The notes under the pieces were generated by a model. That model was not told the DNA's origin and ran no database searches. It saw only the letters and a list, made by a program, of their open reading frames with translations. From Nitrospirota bacterium (GTDB lineage Bacteria; Nitrospirota; UBA9217): a DNA stretch of 64,000 bases. The position numbers and the translations under genes are program-made. The stretch spans positions 768,001 to 832,000 of the forward strand of contig OY760142.1 in the NCBI GenBank assembly GCA_963663225.1. Reading direction: 5' to 3'. Shown one piece after another: positions 60,306-64,000 of the stretch. Positions within the stretch are counted from its first letter, which is position 1. Each line of letters starts with the position of its first letter.

Positions 60306-61724
60306 ATGAGCACCTCAGAAAATGTCCGCGTTCGTTTTGCGCCGAGCCCCACCGGAGCCCTGCATATCGGCGGCGTAAGGACCGCCCTTTTTAACTGGCT
60401 TTTCGCGCGCCATTTCGGCGGAAAATTCATCCTCAGAATAGAAGACACGGACCAGACCCGATCTACGGATGAATCCATCAGGATCATCCTCGACGGCATG
60501 ACATGGCTCGGTCTTGACTGGGATGAAGGCCCGTTCCGCCAAACTGAACGCCGGGACATCTACCGGGCGCACGTGGACAAGCTGCTCAAAGAGAACAAGG
60601 CGTATTATTGCTACTGCACTCCGGAGGAGCTGGAAGCCAGAAGAAAGGAAGCCCTGGCCGCGGGCAGACCGCCGAAATACGATAGAAAATGCCGCGCGCT
60701 GACGGCACCCGTTCCGGGCAGGACCCCTGCGGTCCGCTTTCTGTCGTCCGATGAAGGACAGACCGTGGTGCATGATCTGATCCGCGGCGACGTGACCTTT
60801 GAAAACCAGCAGCTCGATGATCTCATCATCCAGCGCTCGGACGGGCTTCCCACGTATAACTTTGCCGTTGTGGTTGACGACGTGACCATGAACATCACGC
60901 ATGTGATCCGTGGAGACGACCACCTGAACAACACACCGCGCCAGATCCAGCTGTACCAGGCGTTCGGATATGAGCCGCCGAAATTCGCACACCTGCCCAT
61001 GATCCTGGGCTCTGACAAGACCAAACTTTCCAAGCGGCACGGGGCGACTGCGGTCACCGAATACGTGGACCTCGGATATCTGCCGGAGGCCCTGGTGAAC
61101 TATTTGGCCCGGCTTGGCTGGTCTTCCGGCGACCAGGAAATCTTTACCCGGAAGGAACTGATAGAAAAATTCACACTCGAAAGCGTGGGCAAAGCCCCCT
61201 CCGTGTTTAATCAGGAAAAATGCGTGTGGCTCAACCATCACTATATCCAGCAGGCTGATCCTGCACGGCTTGCAGAGCTCGTGCTCGACCTTCTCAAGAA
61301 AGACGGAGTGGTGTCCGGGGACAAAGAGCCGGATATCGCATGGTGGAAAAAACTTGTCGGTATTCTGACGGAACGCAGCCACACCCTCGTTGAAATGAAA
61401 CAGGCTGCGATCCCGTTCATCGCGGATGAAATTCAAATGGACGAAAAGGCAAAAGCAAAGCACCTGACCCCGGACGTGATACCGCTCCTGTCAGACCTGC
61501 TCACAAAACTCAGGTCTACGGACCCTTTTATACACGATGAACTCGAAAAAATATTCACTTCCTTTGTTGCTGAAAAAAGCATAAAGCTCGGGAAAATCGC
61601 CCAGCCGGTGCGCGTGGCCCTCACCGGCGGTACGGTCAGCCCCGGCATTTACGAAGTGCTTGAAGTGATGGGCAAGGACAAATCCATCAGAAGAATTGAG
61701 TATGCCATTCATAAAGCCGGCTGA
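60306..61724 (+). CDS. gltX: Glutamate--tRNA ligase
   Basis: RFAPSPTG.HIGG, RIEDTD and KLSKR motifs; TTGATT-17-TATAAT promoter upstream. Confidence 0.98.
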   Translation: MSTSENVRVRFAPSPTGALHIGGVRTALFNWLFARHFGGKFILRIEDTDQTRSTDESIRIILDGMTWLGLDWDEGPFRQTERRDIYRAHVDKLLKENKAYYCYCTPEELEARRKEALAAGRPPKYDRKCRALTAPVPGRTPAVRFLSSDEGQTVVHDLIRGDVTFENQQLDDLIIQRSDGLPTYNFAVVVDDVTMNITHVIRGDDHLNNTPRQIQLYQAFGYEPPKFAHLPMILGSDKTKLSKRHGATAVTEYVDLGYLPEALVNYLARLGWSSGDQEIFTRKELIEKFTLESVGKAPSVFNQEKCVWLNHHYIQQADPARLAELVLDLLKKDGVVSGDKEPDIAWWKKLVGILTERSHTLVEMKQAAIPFIADEIQMDEKAKAKHLTPDVIPLLSDLLTKLRSTDPFIHDELEKIFTSFVAEKSIKLGKIAQPVRVALTGGTVSPGIYEVLEVMGKDKSIRRIEYAIHKAG

Positions 61725-61759
61725 CGGAATGTGGCTGCTGCAAAACCGGAAAGAGAACC

Positions 61760-62230
61760 ATGCAGTTGTGTACTGAAAAAAAACTGACGCTTGCTGGTGC
61801 GGAAAAGCTGTTCGAATGCGAGCTGAAACATCTAAGCAACGGTTTCGGTGTTCTGAAGTATGTCATTCAGCGGAATAATGTCATCAGCGGCATCAAAATC
61901 AGCCCCGGCGACATCACCTACGGTCTCTATTGGACGGACAGGCCGTACACGCTGTATGTCTGGATCGTAAACAGAGGAAAAGACCGTGCATACTACTTCA
62001 ATATAGCGGATCGGGTATCCCTGCATCCCAACGAATTCATCTGGCGTGATCTGGTCATTGACATCGTAATCGATCCCGGGCAGCGGGTGCACACGCTCGA
62101 CCGGGATGAACTGCCCGCTGACCTGGACCCGGATTTGTCCCGCTATATCCAAAACACGGAAGCTCTTATCCTGCGGAATTATCCGGCCATTATCAGGGAA
62201 GCAGAAGACATCGTAAGAACCATCTCCTGA
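61760..62230 (+). CDS. DUF402-like protein, copy 1
   Basis: YYFNI and WRDLVIDI..LD.DE motifs. Confidence 0.75.
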   Translation: MQLCTEKKLTLAGAEKLFECELKHLSNGFGVLKYVIQRNNVISGIKISPGDITYGLYWTDRPYTLYVWIVNRGKDRAYYFNIADRVSLHPNEFIWRDLVIDIVIDPGQRVHTLDRDELPADLDPDLSRYIQNTEALILRNYPAIIREAEDIVRTIS

Positions 62231-62293
62231 AAATATGCACTACGGATCCGGCCGGCACCGCGGCAGTAAACGTTAAAAAGCATAGATGCCATT

Positions 62294-63235
62294 ATGAATT
62301 CGCATCCTTCAAACGAAAAGCGCACGCCCCCGAAAAAATTCACTTACCGAATTCTTGCATCCGCTGCGGTAATAAATGCACGCGTATCACAGGCCCTTTT
62401 TCGCGCCATTGCCGCGCTGGGCGATGTTTTGATCGGCGTCCTGGAAACATCGCTCGATACCCGGGAAAAAGAGCATCTGACGCTGCGCCTCTATAACACG
62501 GCGTCTGAACAGTATGCGGCTTCGGGAGGATTATTCCCATGGGAAGCGTCATGGTACAGCAGGGTTTTGCCGCCTCCGCCTGCAAGGATACTGGTCACGG
62601 CGGCAGGCAGCGGCCGCGAAGCTGCGGCACTGATACATTCAGGCTACGCTGTCGACGCTGCCGAACCTGTTGACAAATTCACCGCGGAATGTGCCGGACT
62701 GCGGGGCATCGGAGATTTTTTCAAAGCAGACCACGACGACATCGTCGAGGGTTTTCTGCACGGAACGGGACCGGCTGCCGCACTCCGGGGCCGGACATAC
62801 GATGCCGTAATCATCGGCTGGGGCAGTTTCGCCCACATCATCGATCCGGAAAAACGCAGGCAGCTTCTTGATGCCTGTCATGCCCTGGCCCCACGAGGCC
62901 CCATCCTGCTCAGCTTTTTTGCCGATACCGTCCAGATCAATCAGGAAACACGGCCGATCCGGTTTGGCCGCGCGACAGGCCGATTGCTCGCCCGCTTGAG
63001 AAAAGTTTCTCCGGCACTCAATGCCAATGATCTGTTTCTCTGGCATGCCGGGTTTCTGCACCGTTATACGGAAGAAGAGCTGGTCGGGTTTGCGAATCCT
63101 CTGGGTCGCAGCGTAACGTTTTCAGCAGACCCTTATGGCCACGCAACATTCCTGCCGAAGGAAATGACCCCGGAAGAACGCACGCAGCAAAACGCAAATT
63201 TTCTTCGCGATCTTCGGCGTCTGTGCAATCTTTAA
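62294..63235 (+). CDS. Class I SAM-dependent methyltransferase-like protein
   Basis: ILVTAAGSGREA motif I and YDAVIIGWGSFAHI. Confidence 0.75.
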   Translation: MNSHPSNEKRTPPKKFTYRILASAAVINARVSQALFRAIAALGDVLIGVLETSLDTREKEHLTLRLYNTASEQYAASGGLFPWEASWYSRVLPPPPARILVTAAGSGREAAALIHSGYAVDAAEPVDKFTAECAGLRGIGDFFKADHDDIVEGFLHGTGPAAALRGRTYDAVIIGWGSFAHIIDPEKRRQLLDACHALAPRGPILLSFFADTVQINQETRPIRFGRATGRLLARLRKVSPALNANDLFLWHAGFLHRYTEEELVGFANPLGRSVTFSADPYGHATFLPKEMTPEERTQQNANFLRDLRRLCNL

Positions 63236-63244
63236 ATACGTATC

Positions 63245-63724
63245 ATGGCTCTTTGCACTGAAAAAAAGATCCTCCTCACCGGTGAAATTCAAACCTATTC
63301 CTGCGACCTGCTTTATTGCTCAAAAAAATTCGGTATACTGAAGCATATCATCGAACGTTGTTACAATATCGACGGCCTGCAACTGAATCCCGGTGACATC
63401 ACGCATGCCCTCTATTGGACGGACAGGCCATATACACTGTACGTCTGGCAAATGGACCGGGGAAAACGTGCCTACTATTTTAATATTGCGGACAGCATAA
63501 CGTTGCATCCGGCCGAATTCATCTGGCGCGATCTGGTGATCGACATATTGATCGATCCTGACGGGCATCTGCATGTTCTTGACGAAACGGAATTACCGGC
63601 AGATCTGGGATCCGAATTGCAGCATTCGATTGCAATCGCGAAAGAGCTCATTCTCCGCAACCATGATGCTGTCGCGCGCGAGGCGGATGCACTGCTTGTG
63701 AAGTTCGCTTCTCTCGACTCTTAA
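63245..63724 (+). CDS. DUF402-like protein, copy 2
   Basis: Same motifs as 61760-62230; shared LYWTDRPYTLYVW. Confidence 0.75.
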   Translation: MALCTEKKILLTGEIQTYSCDLLYCSKKFGILKHIIERCYNIDGLQLNPGDITHALYWTDRPYTLYVWQMDRGKRAYYFNIADSITLHPAEFIWRDLVIDILIDPDGHLHVLDETELPADLGSELQHSIAIAKELILRNHDAVAREADALLVKFASLDS

Positions 63725-63815
63725 TCATCAGATTGTTCCCTACTCCGGCATCAGCGCCCCTAAATGATTCCGTTTTCCGATTGTAAAACACCCCTGTTTG
63801 CGATACAATATTTTT

Positions 63816-64000
63816 GTGCGTCTAGACCTGTTTCTGAAAATAAGCAGGCTGGTAAAGCGCCGTGCGGTTGCCAGAAGCCTGTGTGACGCAGGTCGGGTGA
63901 TCGTGAACGGCCATGAATCAAAGCCCGGCAAAGAACTCAGGCAGGGCGACGTTATCGAAATTCTGTTCAATGCAAAACGGGTGGAACTGGAAGTTCTTTC
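63816..64000 (+). CDS. RNA-binding S4 domain protein (Hsp15/RqcP-like), truncated by the window end
   Basis: Hand translation from GTG: MRLDLFLKISRLVKRRAVARSLCDAGRVIVNG..KPGKEL..GDVI. Confidence 0.88.
   Translation, partial: MRLDLFLKISRLVKRRAVARSLCDAGRVIVNGHESKPGKELRQGDVIEILFNAKRVELEVL

Overview
Bacterial chromosomal window of mostly housekeeping genes: hemE/hemH/hemY, rho-rpmE-prfA-prmC-murA-his cluster, adk, gmhA, icd and an aconitase-family hydratase, a split atpB-atpE pair, and gltX. This gene set and order suggest an anaerobic diderm of the Nitrospirota/Desulfobacterota type (inference only). No tRNA, rRNA, CRISPR array or transposase was seen. Two accessory blocks stand out. (1) A nine-gene minus-strand operon (36853-48859) encodes two lipoproteins, a TolB-like beta-propeller, a TPR protein and a complete Opp/Dpp-type ABC transporter. 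It sits under a sigma70 promoter and a GEMM-I (c-di-GMP-I family) riboswitch that has A at position 20 (the 3',3'-cGAMP-type variant), an extended P3 arm and an overlapping terminator. This is the best candidate for an undescribed cyclic-dinucleotide-controlled envelope/transport system. (2) An MSHA-like type IV pilus locus (10817-20953) includes a MerR-type HTH gene and a large repeat-containing tip pilin, and is followed by a DsrE/F/H-like triad whose third gene is absent from the ORF track. Smaller observations include a second major-pilin cassette inside the his cluster, a 4Fe-4S membrane-protein gene broken by a locally templated 14-nt insertion, a two-copy palindromic repeat, and two probable leaderless genes.
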